A stretch of 63,003 nucleotides of DNA, counting the filler, from Phoronis australis (lineage: Eukaryota > Animalia > Phoronida), in the NCBI GenBank assembly GCA_002633005.1. It is 7 parts of 7 records of this genome, joined end to end, with 100 filler letters (N's around TTAATTAATTAA, not from the genome) between each part and the next. Parts side by side here need not be neighbours in the genome. Positions count along the whole stretch, not along the records: positions 45,933 to 58,753 come from NMRA01000357.1; positions 58,854 to 61,177 come from NMRA01000203.1; positions 61,278 to 63,003 come from NMRA01002168.1; 4 more parts are not named here. The stretch is one strand, 5' to 3'. Positions 50,048-62,430 of this stretch are shown piece after piece. Numbering within the stretch: the stretch's first letter is position 1; the number at the start of each line of letters is the position of its first letter. The notes below the pieces were generated by a model. The model had not been told where the DNA came from, did no database searches, and saw only the letters and a list, made by a program, of their open reading frames with translations. Position numbers and translations under genes: made by a program.

Positions 50048-50563
50048 GGAAGAGTATCTATTACAGATTTTTGAAAACCAACAAGAATAGTGATTGAAAT
50101 TCTGTTTTAATTAAATCTATGTTATTCCAGTAAAAGCATTCTATTGTTGAATTAAAGAATTTTTGTAAACTGCCTTACACTATTTTCTTGGCCTTTTTCT
50201 GCGGCAGCATATGATGACCGTAGATGTCATTATAAAATGGCAATGTAAAGTTGAAACAACTCGGCATAAGTTAAACAAAACTTTCGAATCAACAAATACT
50301 GTACATTTGTGAGAGTTAAATCAAATCCTATTCAGAGCATAACTTTAAAATGGAATAATTCGGTGAGTACGACAACAAACCGGTTTAATGCTTAGGCGGA
50401 CGACCATTAGTTTAAAAGCTATCTCGCGGGGAGGAAAAATCTTGTCAAAATCAGATGTTCTCAATGAAAGTAGACATCGCACGAGATCTTGCTTTTCTAG
50501 CGAGGTACTAGTGGTATTGTGTTCGGCCCAGGTCTTGTTTTTCCTTCAGTTAGAAGAGATCTT

Positions 50564-50661
50564 TATGCTTGGGAGAGACTGATGGTTCGTCTTCTCTTCA
50601 GACCAAGGTCAGGTGATCATGGTCTGAAGACATAATGAGCTGTCAGTTCCTTCCAAACCTA
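50564..50661. repeat. Decayed 98-bp foldback
   Basis: Core tcttcagacca/tggtctgaaga with partial pairing extending to both ends. Confidence 0.7.
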
Positions 50662-52643
50662 GAAACTGCATATATTTAGACTAAGCCTAAGGAACAAGTT
50701 GAGACCAATTTCATAAGGGGTAAGTGGCCTCTATAAAAACTTGGTTTGTTAGCAGAAAGCATTGGGTTTTGTGCCACTTTACCTAGAACAAACATGCAAA
50801 CTCAATACAGAAGGGTTCTCCACAACTGGAAACCCAAATGTGTCAAAAGTGCGCTAACATCAACAAATGTGCTGTAAGTACTCATGAAATTTTTGGAATC
50901 AATGCTCACTGCTCAAATTAGCGCCAATCTGTAATTTGCCTCACAAAACAGTAAGGCATATTTTCAAATGCGGAAATTATGCGTATATTCCTTAAACTCA
51001 AGAAGCTCACAGAGGAATCGTGTGATATTTCGTCAAGTGATGTATGTTTTTTTGTTTTTGTAAGGTCCTTGTGTCTACAGAACGCACGCCTGATCAATTT
51101 TGAGCCGATTCCGTTAACTCTTCATCGTTGCTTCAAAAACTGTGGCACATTCTGCCAAACAGGTTTGCAATGACATGTTAAAGCAGGTCATGGAGAACAC
51201 AGTAGTATGTTCATTAATCTTTTACACTTTTAATTAAGTTAAGTTCAATCTACCGTATCAGCAGAGCAATTTATTTGGCCACACGTTAAAAATTGTATGT
51301 TGCCCTCCTTGTTTTCTTACACCATTGTCACATCTTATTTTGATTGGCTTACCTATATTATTTGCAATACATATTCCACAACTGAGGTATCAGGATTACA
51401 CAACAGTCTATGAAATTTAAACAAAGAGGGACTTGTCCAGAGGTTCTCACTTAGAAACTTAGCTCTGATTTCGGAAAAAGCGTCGCAAACTAACTACGCA
51501 TCTAAAAAACGGAACAGCTTTTGCATTGCTGACTAGTGTGCAATAATCTTGTTTGTTTGGTTTTCTTTGGGCCGATGGCCATGTGTACAAATGAAGAAGA
51601 ATAAAATAACATTGTTTGCAATGACAAGTCCTGGAAAGGAGGGGATTGTTTCGTCAATGTTTTTACACCCAATGTATTATTCACTGATAACAATTTACTT
51701 GCATATTTTCTAGTATGCTTTATTTTATCTGTCAAAAAGTATGTCAGTTGATCATCCTTATTACATCATCACTCGACACATAGATGACCTCACTTCCTGT
51801 CCCTTAACCAATGAAAATGTTTGCATTGAAGAAGCAATAGTCAGGCATACACACAGATAATCCTTCATATTCCTTGGAATCGCTGTAATGACCTGGTGCC
51901 AAACATCAAAAATATTCTGTTTTGCTGAAAAAAAATATTCGTCTGAGTTTAAACTCACTGAATTATTTCTTTAACTCGACATAACTGAGTTGAATTCATG
52001 ACAGGAAATCACGTGACTGTGTCATGAAAAGTGGCTTAAGACAGAATTTTGGTCTTAAACTCCTCACGAGTATTTTTGAAAAATTGTTAAACCTCGCAAA
52101 AGTGCAAAGTCTCTGATAATATACGCTTAACAGCTAGATTTACTGAGATAATTTCTTTAAAATATTTTTCGATTACAAGGTCCTCATACTTACCTGGCAC
52201 AACTGTTGAGTACCGTATTGTTATTCCTCAATAATGATGAGGGTGTGCAAGAGTCCAGTTCTGTCTTAAGTAACTTTGATGAAACATAGCCAAGGTTTTG
52301 GAGAACAGTGGGGTGTAGTGACCTCATTCTCAAGCTTAGTTCTGTGGTATATCTGCCAGTGACTGTTATTGTTGTTCATCATTTACTAAATTCAGTTGTC
52401 AATTTGCAGTTATTTTTTGCTGATCATTACTTTAGTATGTTAGGTCTCGGCATTTGACGTATTCCCAAACCTACCAGAGACTGTTATAACACACAGACAA
52501 ATTACGCCACAAATTAACCACACTTTGCTAGTGAGCACTTCTATTGAAAGGACCTTGGGTAAAATGAGACCATTTTACTTATATTTGCTGGCTGTGACTG
52601 TTCAGTTAACAGGGATAACTTATCGTTCTCTGTTTTATTGCAG

Positions 52644-52811
52644 GTTGTGTCTATCAACAGATATGCCGTAGATGTGACCTACTTAAGTCAGACCAACAGC
52701 GAGAACCACGTGTCCTGGGCAGATGCCTATGATCTGGTTATTACCGACTGTAGGCACAAAGTCAAGTGTACCCTGTCTCCTGACTACAACAGCTTGGTTC
52801 AGCTTGGGGAG
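52644..52811 (+). CDS. RADX: RADX-like exon, OB-fold 1 (VVSINRY...YDLVITDCRHKVKCTLSPDYNSLVQLGE)
   Basis: Matches the recalled RADX pattern V....RY / YD..I.D.....KC.L.P..NSLV; ttgcag/gtattg; 168 nt. Confidence 0.88.
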
Positions 52812-53364
52812 GTATTGCCTGTAGGCCTACAGTCAGTTGTGAAGGGATGCCAACTATTCCAAGTTGGCATCAGACATTACGTGGTAGAAATCATTGAGGT
52901 TGAGATACAAGAAAAGAAGAAGCAGAATTCATTTTGTTGAAAATTTTCCACGTAATAATTATTAAGAAAACATACTTCCTGTGTTGACATTGTGTTAACT
53001 GATCTGCTGCCGTTGTACAACATTTGTTTCCATGAACAGCTGATGAAAAGTGGTCATTGTAACATTGTCATTTTTGTCCCAAATCGAAGAATTTGTACTG
53101 TACATTATGGCTGCAATGATTTTGAATCGATGATCGAATCGCGATTTGTTGACCAAGATTCGATTATTGATTTGTGGATCATGACGATTCGATTATTTTC
53201 TTTTCTTGTCATATGAAAGTAATTCAAGATCTCAATATTGTGGAACTGTTTTTAATTTTTTTACTGAAATCACTCACTTGTTATTTACGAACAAACTGCC
53301 TTATTCGCTTGACAGTGTTACGATCTTCTTTGGATATGTTTCTTGAGAGGTACAAAACTATTCT

Positions 53365-54726
53365 CGAGCTAGTTGTTCACCAGCTTGCCATTGGCTAATT
53401 TTGAGCGGCACTGGTGATGTTATAGCTAAATCCATTCGCCAACTTGGCGAATGCTTTCCCAACTCGACAATAAAAATTTATTTCAAGAAACCTTCTCGCA
53501 TGTCGATTCACAGTCAGCTCCAATCAAGTCGCGTCGCAAACGACATTTTTACTTTGATTCCGAGTTGTAAGAATAGCAAGTGAATGTTCCATTTCATGTA
53601 TGTCGCTCCCTGTGAAATCACTCTTTCACTGCAACGAAATGTTCAACTGTGTAGGGGGTCAGTGTTCGTGGTAATGGCAATTTCTCGCTTCATAGCAAGA
53701 TCTTGTATAGGTGCTGCCGCTTGTCGTCTGCAAGTGACAATGTTAAAATGACAAATGGGCAGCAAATGTGACTCAGTCTCTCAATAACTTTTTACACTCG
53801 TGACCTGGTGTGAGCCGGTCCGACAGAATTAAATTACCCAGAGGTAACTCAAACATGCAATATGAACTCAATGTTTAAATTTATTATTTTCATATTACAT
53901 GAATCTCTCTTACTAACTGTACCAACTTTCACTCATAATTTGTCGAGTCAAATATTGTTTGAGACATGACAGTGACTGGTTTTCCTTTCAAGGAGTAAAA
54001 GTCTCAGACGACACCAGGAAGAATGAGTTTGTTTAAATCAAAATATGTCACATGTTAGTCAGCTTGCTAAATGCTGCAAGTGTAAAAAGTTATTGAGAGA
54101 CTGGGCCGCATTTTGGCGGCGGCCGAAAGAAAGCAAAGTAAAGTAGATGACAATTTGTTACTTAATGAGTTTTATATTCATTACTCTGCTCAATTTAGCT
54201 ATATTTTGCAAGTCACAAGTTATGTTAACGTTTTTGAACCTAAATGTCTTGCTCATCAAAATACCCACGTGGCCGGTGTAGCCCCACCGTAACCTGGGGA
54301 TAGGGGGGAATCCCTGCCCAAATTTTTAGGTCAACATCAATGAAATGCCCAAATTTTTTAGGTCAAAAAGTCAACACTATTTAAATGCCCATGTGGCCAG
54401 CGTACCCATGAAGTAACTCAGGTATAGGGGGAACCTCTGCTCAAACTTTTTTGGTCACAATAAAACCGATGTCCGCTGACATCCCCTCCACTTCATTAAG
54501 TTGCTATATCACCTTGGAATTTTGATTATTTGTTTTTATTAAGACATATGTTTTTATAGTACGTTGATGAAAAGGACCTCTGCATAACATGAAAAATAAA
54601 AGTTCGGTCTGTGTTGCTGAACTTCATCAGTTGCCGGAGTTGGGAAAAGAGAAAGAAAATGGCTAAAAGTTTTCAGACGATTTAATTATTTTGGCTAATA
54701 TCTTTAAAGGTCTAGCGCGAGTCTAG
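53365..54726. mobile_element. Second copy of the 49716 MITE, interrupted by about 1 kb of nested sequence
   Basis: Homology to about 49740-50000 up to about 53650; the 3' end tggctaa.atcttta.a.gtctagcgcgag resumes at about 54690. Confidence 0.6.
53774..54103. mobile_element. MITE with 25-bp perfect TIRs
   Basis: cagtctctcaataactttttacact ... agtgtaaaaagttattgagagactg. Confidence 0.8.
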
Positions 54727-55615
54727 CAAAACGACTGTTTTTTGACTTGAATAAATGACTCCTATCTATTTTTATCTTTTTTTGAAGCTGGCTATGTTTG
54801 ACTCATTGATGTATGCCTTTTCCTTTCCCGCTGAGCCAGACATGGGTGCTTAAACTGGAAATTTCTAGAAATTGGTGCTAACCAGAGCTTGTACTCATAA
54901 CTTTAGCCTGACAGCTGCCCTGACAGACTATGACCTTCCAAATTAAAGTTCATAGACCAGAACTTCAAAGACTTTGTGACAAGGCTGTTTGGCGACCAGA
55001 AAGTTGAATCAACGCTTTATAACTGATATGTGTATGCAATTTGAGAAAGGAGAAAATATGCACTGAAAAAATAATTGCCAAAATTTTCGAAACAGGGGTG
55101 AACACTTACATAACTATGAGCATTAAACCAAATGTTTCTGGTAGTACCTCTAGGGCTGCTGCTGTAACAACTGTCACAATAGTTAATTTGTACAAGTTGT
55201 GTCAGAATGTGAAATATACACTAATACAGATTCCAGTACAACTGACATTCAGTGAGAGTTACTCATTTTATAATTATATTTTAAAGACGGTATAGTATCA
55301 GAGGCTGGTCATAAATGGAGTGTTAAAAATATGTGAGGCACTCTGTTTGAAGACCTAGGATTTAAATACAGTCACACACCTTGGTCCAAACTGTTTTCAC
55401 TCAACTCTACACTGAAAGCCAATAAAATTTTAAGTGTGAATTTCAAAAATTTGTATCGCCAACTTCAAACTTACACCGACAGGAAAAATAAACACTTCAG
55501 AGTCTGTTTTCAAGTCGGAAGTTTGTGTTTGAAATCTCGAGCTCTGAAATTGGCAGAGTGGGTATACAAGAATGTTACCACCTTAAATAACCACTTCTCT
55601 TTTTCAATGTTGCAG

Positions 55616-55751
55616 TTATGCCCTGGAAGCCTGGTGCGTCTCACAGAATGTTCTCTTGGTTGTAATGAACAGAATCTCTCGTGTGGAGAGTTTATATACA
55701 TCAAGAAACTGGAAATTCTGCAAACATCTCACAGGACTAGTATGCCACCTG
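55616..55751 (+). CDS. RADX: RADX-like exon (LCPGSLVRLTECSLGCNEQNLSCGEFIYIKKLEILQTSHRTSMPP)
   Basis: ttgcag/gtgaga; 136 nt, phase 0-1. Confidence 0.85.
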
Positions 55752-56097
55752 GTGAGACTGATCAATGTTAAGTGATTGCAGATACCAACAGTGTCTACCT
55801 GTTGATTATATTTTTGTTTTATGTTCTAAAACACCATCGGTGTTAAATGAGACTTGAGATGAAATATTTAGACCACACTTAAATCCTGGAAACAGAGTTT
55901 CACCCAAGATTTCAAAAACAGGGCATCTAAAATGGGTTTCCATGATCAATACTGGGTGACTACATATTGATCAACTTGAGTCAATTTTCTCTTTTTGTGG
56001 AGTTTGTTTCCAATGGTGACATGATTCTGTGTATTACAACTTTTTTCTATTCTAGTCGTGCCAATGATCTCCCAGAACTGCTGCTAGCAGATGAAAA

Positions 56098-56250
56098 GAG
56101 ATACCTATGAGATACCCATGAGATACCCAAGAGGTACCCATGAGATACCCAAGAGGTACCCATGAGATACCCAAGAGGTACCAATGAGATACCCAAGAGG
56201 TACCAATGAGATACCCAAGAGGTACCAATGAGATACCCATGAGATACCCA
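56098..56250. repeat. 22-nt (2x11) minisatellite
   Basis: Unit gagatacccaagaggtaccaat. Confidence 0.92.
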
Positions 56251-56759
56251 TGCTCCCTTGCTTACCTTACTTTTACGTTAGCCTCAGTTTCTTTCGAGTT
56301 GCTAAATGGATTTTTATGAAGTATGGCAAGTAGGCGAGATCGACACACTCTCAATCTTGGACAGATTCCATGTATTCTGCACCAATTAGTGGCCGTCGTT
56401 ACTTCACACTCTGTTTTTGGCATCCTCCTCCCTATTCTCCTACTGGTTGAAGGATCATTGAAATTTCACAAATGTGCTCCTATTGAGATGAGCAGCTGAG
56501 GACCCGCTTTGTAGCCACAGGAAAGTTGTGTCAACTGTGGAGGCAGGAATCCTGACAACTGGAGTGTAGATTGAAAATTGTGGTGATTTGAGTTATGAAA
56601 AAATTGTGATGACACGGTGCAGCTAAAAAATTACTGGCGCCCTAGACTTTTTATAGCTTCAGCGTACCAAGAAACCTCAGTCTGGGGCTATTAATGTTGT
56701 TGCCATTGTTGTGACCTGAATTTTTGGTTACACATATACGTTGTAACTTCACTCTTTAG

Positions 56760-56888
56760 AAAGGCTATTGTGGGCTGAAGCCATGGAGGAGAGAGATCAG
56801 ATGGAGGTTCCACTACTTGGCACAAGGGGGTGCTACCTGTCGGTGTGGTCCGATGATGACACTCATGCCAGCTTTTGGAAAAAGAAAG
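56760..56888 (+). CDS. RADX: RADX-like exon (ERLLWAEAMEERDQMEVPLLGTRGCYLSVWSDDDTHASFWKKK)
   Basis: PL.G....YL..W...D.....W motif; ctttag/gtacag; 129 nt, phase 1-1. Confidence 0.88.
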
Positions 56889-57169
56889 GTACAGTGAACT
56901 TAGGAATGAGTACATGTTATTTGCATGCTATCCCTGGTATTATTGAAGTGAAAGTACAGTCACTGCGTATTGTAACTGTAGTGCTTGAAGTGTTCTCAAT
57001 GAGCTCTGAGTAAATTGTTCACGGGCCAAAACCATGTGCCCTGTTAATGTGTGGTTGCGAACTGCACAAAATTGTTGGGTGGACCATCGGTTGTCCTCAC
57101 GTATTATAACGTGATTTTGTTTTTCTTCCAATTTTCAGTTGGTAAACTTAACACTAAACATTTTTTCAG

Positions 57170-57351
57170 CAAAGCCCACCTACAGACCAGGCGGCTTAAA
57201 TATAGCAAACGATATAATTACAATCGAGGACCTGTCTAAAACATGGCAACAACTTGGTCATCGTTATCCTTTGTTGTGTGTACGAGTGCTGCAGAAAAAC
57301 AGAGTGCGACACTACAGTCGTACTGTCAAGGGAGACAAGTGGCCATTTCAG
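57170..57351 (+). CDS. RADX: RADX-like exon, OB-fold 2 (AKPTYRP...LSKTWQQLGHRYPLLCVRVLQKNRVRHYSRTVKGDKWPFQ)
   Basis: P.L.VR.L.K...R.Y........P.Q motif; tttcag/gtgagt; 182 nt, phase 1-0. Confidence 0.9.
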
Positions 57352-58299
57352 GTGAGTTCATCAAAATTGTGCCTTTGAGTCTGATTGGGGCTAACTGCTA
57401 TACCCTGAGCCAGGTCAATAGCTCTTCAGCTCAGTTTTAACTATTGGTAAAACATGAAAATGGTTCCAGGTGATCAGTGCAATGGGCGCACCTGAGCGGC
57501 CTGCGCGTGTCTGGTACAACGTATACCTGAATGCCTGCTTTTTTGAATTTATCGACTTTTTACAAAATTTCTGTCCCTGAATCTGAGTGCAGTTCCTCTT
57601 TATGCGTACCCCATTAAATAATGAGAAAGAAATCTTCAAGAGTTTCTGGCGACCCTCTTGGGTTACCACGGTTACATGGTGAGCTATTCACCCGAGGTTT
57701 TTAAATTGTGGGAGTCATCTGTGATTATGATAGTTGTTGACTGGTAAAGATCCAGTGACATCATTCGTAACTTGTGGATATTTAACCTTGCATTCTAGGT
57801 TGTGAGATTGATTGTGTTTGACTTTCAAATTTCTTGCGCAACAAATTTGATTTTTTTTTGTATTTTGAAGCTCTCTCTCTCTGTTTTGTTTTTCTGTGAT
57901 TATTGCTTTGTTGTATTCTAACCAAACAGCTTACTGTAGTCGACCCGTGTTTACAGTTCTAGTGCACTCAAATGACAAGTGTTGTTTCACTTTTGTTTAC
58001 ACACCACCAAGTTATGTCTGATGTCACTAGATGTTTAGGAGCTGACTAGCACTCTACAGTGCATTTATAGAACCAACAAAAGCACCGTAGACAAAATACT
58101 CCAATGTCCAGCAATTCTGTTTCAAACATACCTTCCATAATATGTGGTTGTGTCTTACTCACTGGTAACACTTTAAGGATAAAACAAAATGTTTAAAGGA
58201 TATTCTGTATTTACTGTGTATGATAGTGACAGTGACTTAAATCACCAATGTACTCTTTTGGTTGATTCAAATATATATTAAGTTTTGTTTGATTGCTAG

Positions 58300-58386
58300 G
58301 CCCAGCTGTTTGTTGCCGACAGAAGTGGTGTGTGCACTGCCATCTTGTGGAACAGAGCTTGCGTGGAGTTGTATAACAGGTTGGTG
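58300..58386 (+). CDS. RADX: RADX-like exon (AQLFVADRSGVCTAILWNRACVELYNRLV)
   Basis: VAD.SG......WN..C...Y..L motif; tgctag/gttagt; 87 nt. Confidence 0.88.
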
Positions 58387-58753
58387 GTTAGTGCTTAATC
58401 ACATGTACCCATCTTATCTAAAATAATGACTCCCAGTGTGACTTCAAGTTTTTTGAGTTGGTTGCGATGATTCAAGTGCTTGTGAGATATCACCGTGCAT
58501 TATAAGTGAAACATGATCTTATTAGTTTTCTTGGGATTTGCAAAATTCCCCTGTGCATGCCAAAAACTCATTATCTTTGCAATTAAAAAATAACATCATT
58601 TCTGAAATCTCTTAGTCCATTTTCACCAAGCTCTTGTCAATGTTTTGGTCAGCCACTTCTCCGACCATCTTTAGGTGTTACAGTGTTCTTGCAAGAACAA
58701 GCATGGGTGTACGGTGCATGGGTGTACGGTGCATTGGTGTACGGTGCATGGGT

Positions 58754-58853
58754 NNNNNNNNNNNNNNNNNNNNNNNNNNNNNNNNNNNNNNNNNNNNTTA
58801 ATTAATTAANNNNNNNNNNNNNNNNNNNNNNNNNNNNNNNNNNNNNNNNNNNN
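58754..58853. other. Artificial contig spacer, preceded by a 15-nt tandem repeat (gcatgggtgtacggt)
   Basis: N44-TTAATTAATTAA-N44. Confidence 0.98.
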
Positions 58854-60007
58854 AATGAAATTATTTTCAATTCTTATAATTACGATACAAAATTATACAA
58901 AAAATGAAAATCGATCCATAGATTATCTAAAAAGCCTGAAATACATACACATTTAATTCCAACAAAAATTCTAATTCCAATGCAAATGAAAAAACATTCA
59001 AGACGAAAACCTGAGGCTCATACCCCAACTGTTAGCAAGGAAAAATGAAAGTAGAAAACAACATAGTTTATAGAATGCATCAATAACAATCCTAAGTTGG
59101 CCAAACAGTAATTACAGGAGTTAATTGTTCATAAGCCACGCTGGTGGAGAAGAAACTATGTGACATAAGAAATAACTATCAGTGAGGACACTGAAAATAG
59201 TCTGGCAGAATTTGTAAACAATGGCTTAGACCACTCAGATCATTCAGAATCTGTCACGTGATCACTTAATTCTCTAAAACTGCAAAACTCGAGTCACAAA
59301 ATAGAACACGAAAAATGTCAAAATAAACTGAAATACATAAAAGGCAATTTAAACGCATTTGCAGTAACAAAAATAGCACTTTGTATTCCGTTTCGGCGGC
59401 ACGTAGAAAATCGCACTCGGCGGCATGTAGAAAATTGCACTCAAGCGGTCAGGCCTAGGCTTAGGCTTAGGGGCTTAGCAGCCAACGACAACGGGCGTGC
59501 ATGTGGGATCAAACAAAAGAATTTCATACATCACTCGCATCCCACGATTCCAATCCAACGAATAACCAGTTACGGTTGAATTTCCTTTCAGGAAGCGTTG
59601 TTATTTCTAGTGTTTCATCGGTTTCAGTCGGTCCTCCGACTCCAACTTAGTCGGAGGCGACTCGCCGACGCACTTCGTAATTGTTCCTCTCTCAAAGTTT
59701 ACAGAACACCAACCTTGACTTATGTTGTTTGTGAAGACATTGACCTTTTTTTATCCACTTTTCCACGAAACATTCTGTCTACTCCACGCTCCACGCTCCA
59801 CGCATTTTTGACCGCAGAATCGCACTATTTGTCGCTGCGATTTTATACCAAATGCAGACGCCATTGATGAACCACGCTATTCCCGAGACACAGGCGCTTG
59901 AATTTATCTGTTCCTCGATTGCCTCTGACGTCACTCACTACTAAGAAAGCATGTTTCTTGTATATGGTTACGAGTCATCGCGAAATTCAAGCGCCTGTGA
60001 TCCACAA

Positions 60008-60203
60008 TTACAATTTTCGTTCCTCCGAAACATAAAGAGCAGTTTCCGCTTTTCGAGCCGTCGGCAACACCGCGGTGCGAAACCAATTTGCCGCGATAAT
60101 TTTATGGCAAATCCGATTTTTTCGCGAAGTATAACGAGAATACACGGAGGGAATAAAAGAAAAAAGTGGAAATCGCGTTTCCGCGGAAAATTCCAAGCCT
60201 TGA
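60008..60203 (+). mobile_element. 3' part of the MITE family seen at 61993-62390
   Basis: Shares cgttcctccgaaacataaagagca...ttccgcggaaaattccaagcc. Confidence 0.8.
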
Positions 60204-60436
60204 AAAAGTGACATTTGACTCAGCAGCAAAGTGTTGTGATGCTGCAGAGCTAGTGGGTTCCATTCCATGTTACTGCTAATTTCTTTAAATCTAGTTTTCT
60301 CGACAACAATGTCCCTTTATTAGTAGAAGGTTAATACTGTTAAAGTGACCTCACAACCAAACCAAAATGCATGTGAACAATATGAGAGCTCAACTTCGAA
60401 GTGAACTGAAGACACTTGTCCAGTGTGAAAACGTAC

Positions 60437-60583
60437 CAGTTGTAGAAGGTTCACTATGTTGTATTTGGCCATAACGGTCTTGACCTGATTACAATCCTTG
60501 TCAAGATCAGCTAGCATAGCCATCCAGGGTCTCGATTCAAACGGAGGAACCTGAGAGAGACTGGACTGAGTAGCTGGGACCTC
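60437..60583 (-). CDS. Unassigned coding exon (EVPATQSSLSQVPPFESRPWMAMLADLDKDCNQVKTVMAKYNIVNLLQL)
   Basis: cttcag/gtacgt; 147 nt, phase 0-0; protein-like composition. Confidence 0.6.
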
Positions 60584-61177
60584 CTGAAGAATGAACACAT
60601 TTTGGGAGTAAGTTTAAGTACAGTAAAACTTCTTCAAATTAGAACAGAATATGACAGAACACTAATCAAAACTTTTCTTTAATTAAAATTTTCAACAAGA
60701 GTAAACAATAAGACAGTTTTACTAGATTACTTGAAAACTTTATGTGGTACGACGGTTGTGAACAAAGACGCGATGAAATTTTGAAAACTTTTTGGTAACA
60801 GTGTTTGAAAAATATTTTTGTTCGAACTCAAAAAAAATTTACCGCAATAACTGACATCAATATTGGTTGATTTGATTGAGACATGTCAAAAAAATATATT
60901 TTTTAAAATAACAGGGAGGACACCCATCAGAAAAAAATCATTTCTGACAGAATTTCACAAAAACGGAAAATCTGAAGTACATATCAATTAGTTTATATTG
61001 ATTGTTTATACAGGCCAGATCTTTAGTGCACAAACTTAGACTGACCTTGTTATATTGTCTGGACAATAAATCTATTAAAAAACACCAGGTTTTCAGCGGA
61101 TAAAAAAAACATTTCAGCTCCAGAACATTCTCCTGAATAAACTGAATACAAATCAAACCCCATTTGTTTCATTCTAC

Positions 61178-61277
61178 NNNNNNNNNNNNNNNNNNNNNNN
61201 NNNNNNNNNNNNNNNNNNNNNTTAATTAATTAANNNNNNNNNNNNNNNNNNNNNNNNNNNNNNNNNNNNNNNNNNNN
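61178..61277. other. Artificial contig spacer
   Basis: N44-TTAATTAATTAA-N44. Confidence 0.98.
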
Positions 61278-61465
61278 GAGTCCTCAAAGTGGGCAGAACA
61301 CAGAGTGGCCCCGGACCGAATCGCTTGGTCCACGATGACGTCCCACACTCTCGTTCGGCGCACGAAGTCATGCCACTTCTGCGCAACTTTGGTGTCCTTC
61401 GGAACACCGAGACGTTTTCCGCCTGGCTGCTGTTGCTGCAGCCTCCGGAAACACATCTTTTGATC
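61278..61465 (-). pseudogene. Frameshifted THAP (C2CH) zinc-finger domain, likely transposon-derived
   Basis: KRCVSGGCSN...VSVF in one frame and PKDTKVAQKWHDFVRR...LCSAHFED in another. Confidence 0.85.
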
Positions 61466-61704
61466 CCTCTATGAACCTTCTCGACGCTAAATGTACTTTG
61501 CATTCTCTTCACTCTATACACTTTGTCTCTGATCCGAACGGTATGGTGAACGACCTGGGTTCAACCCATGACGTTGTACATAATTATTATTTTTTTCAAT
61601 TTTTTCGTGTTACTTTATGAGCTGTGCACTAAAGGCACTGAAATCAAGTAAGATATAATAATAAAATTTATTTTGAGGTACTAGAGTCATGTTGTGTACA
61701 CTTT

Positions 61705-61826
61705 AAGACCTCACTAATACAGACACATTACACATAAGACCTCTCAAATACAGACACATTAAGACCTCACTAATACAGACACATTACACATAAGACCTCA
61801 CTCATACAGACACAGTACACATAAGA
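61705..61826. repeat. About 30-nt tandem repeat, about 4 copies
   Basis: Unit taagacctcactaatacagacacattacaca. Confidence 0.85.
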
Positions 61827-61992
61827 ACATGGACACAGAATGATTAGTTTTTACATGAAAACTATCAACAAAAGCTGATGTGACCAATATGAAACTAACA
61901 AGTCTTAGAGTAGAGTTTTGTTCCAGAATATAATAAAGCAAACGTAGAAAGTCTTAAACATTATAACGGAAATCGTTCTTTTGTTTACTACT

Positions 61993-62390
61993 CAGGGCTT
62001 GGAATGACCAATGACAAAAAACGCGGAAACTTTTACGGCCCAAATCATGCCCGATAACCAGCCTTTGAGATGGTCAATGTGAACCTTTCCGCGACAAAAT
62101 TCGGGAGGACTAAAAAAAAAAAACGTTACCACCATCAGTAGCATGCGTCTGCGTCCTTTTCGCTCGCCCGTCCACTCCCGGCAATGTTGACAATTTACGT
62201 TCCTCCGAAACATAAAGAGCAACTTCCGCTTTCCGAGGTGAACGTCGTCTGCAACGCCGCGGTAAGAAAGGAATTTGCCGCGGAAATTTCATATCAAATC
62301 TGCTTTTTACGCGGAAATATTATAAAAAAAAGCAGAAGCACATTTCAAAAAAGCCGAAATCCGCCTTTCCGCGGAAAATTCCAAGCCCTG
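61993..62390. mobile_element. 398-bp MITE with 13-bp perfect TIRs and an apparent 6-bp TSD
   Basis: cagggcttggaat...attccaagccctg flanked by actact on both sides. Confidence 0.85.
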
Positions 62391-62430
62391 ACTACTGCCT
62401 AGAATTACTCAATACAGAGGTGCAATATAC

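Noticed and set aside
40561-58753. Functional cluster of genome/RNA-surveillance genes (SMG7 plus RADX)
   Set aside because: They are on different contigs joined by a spacer, with no evidence of true linkage
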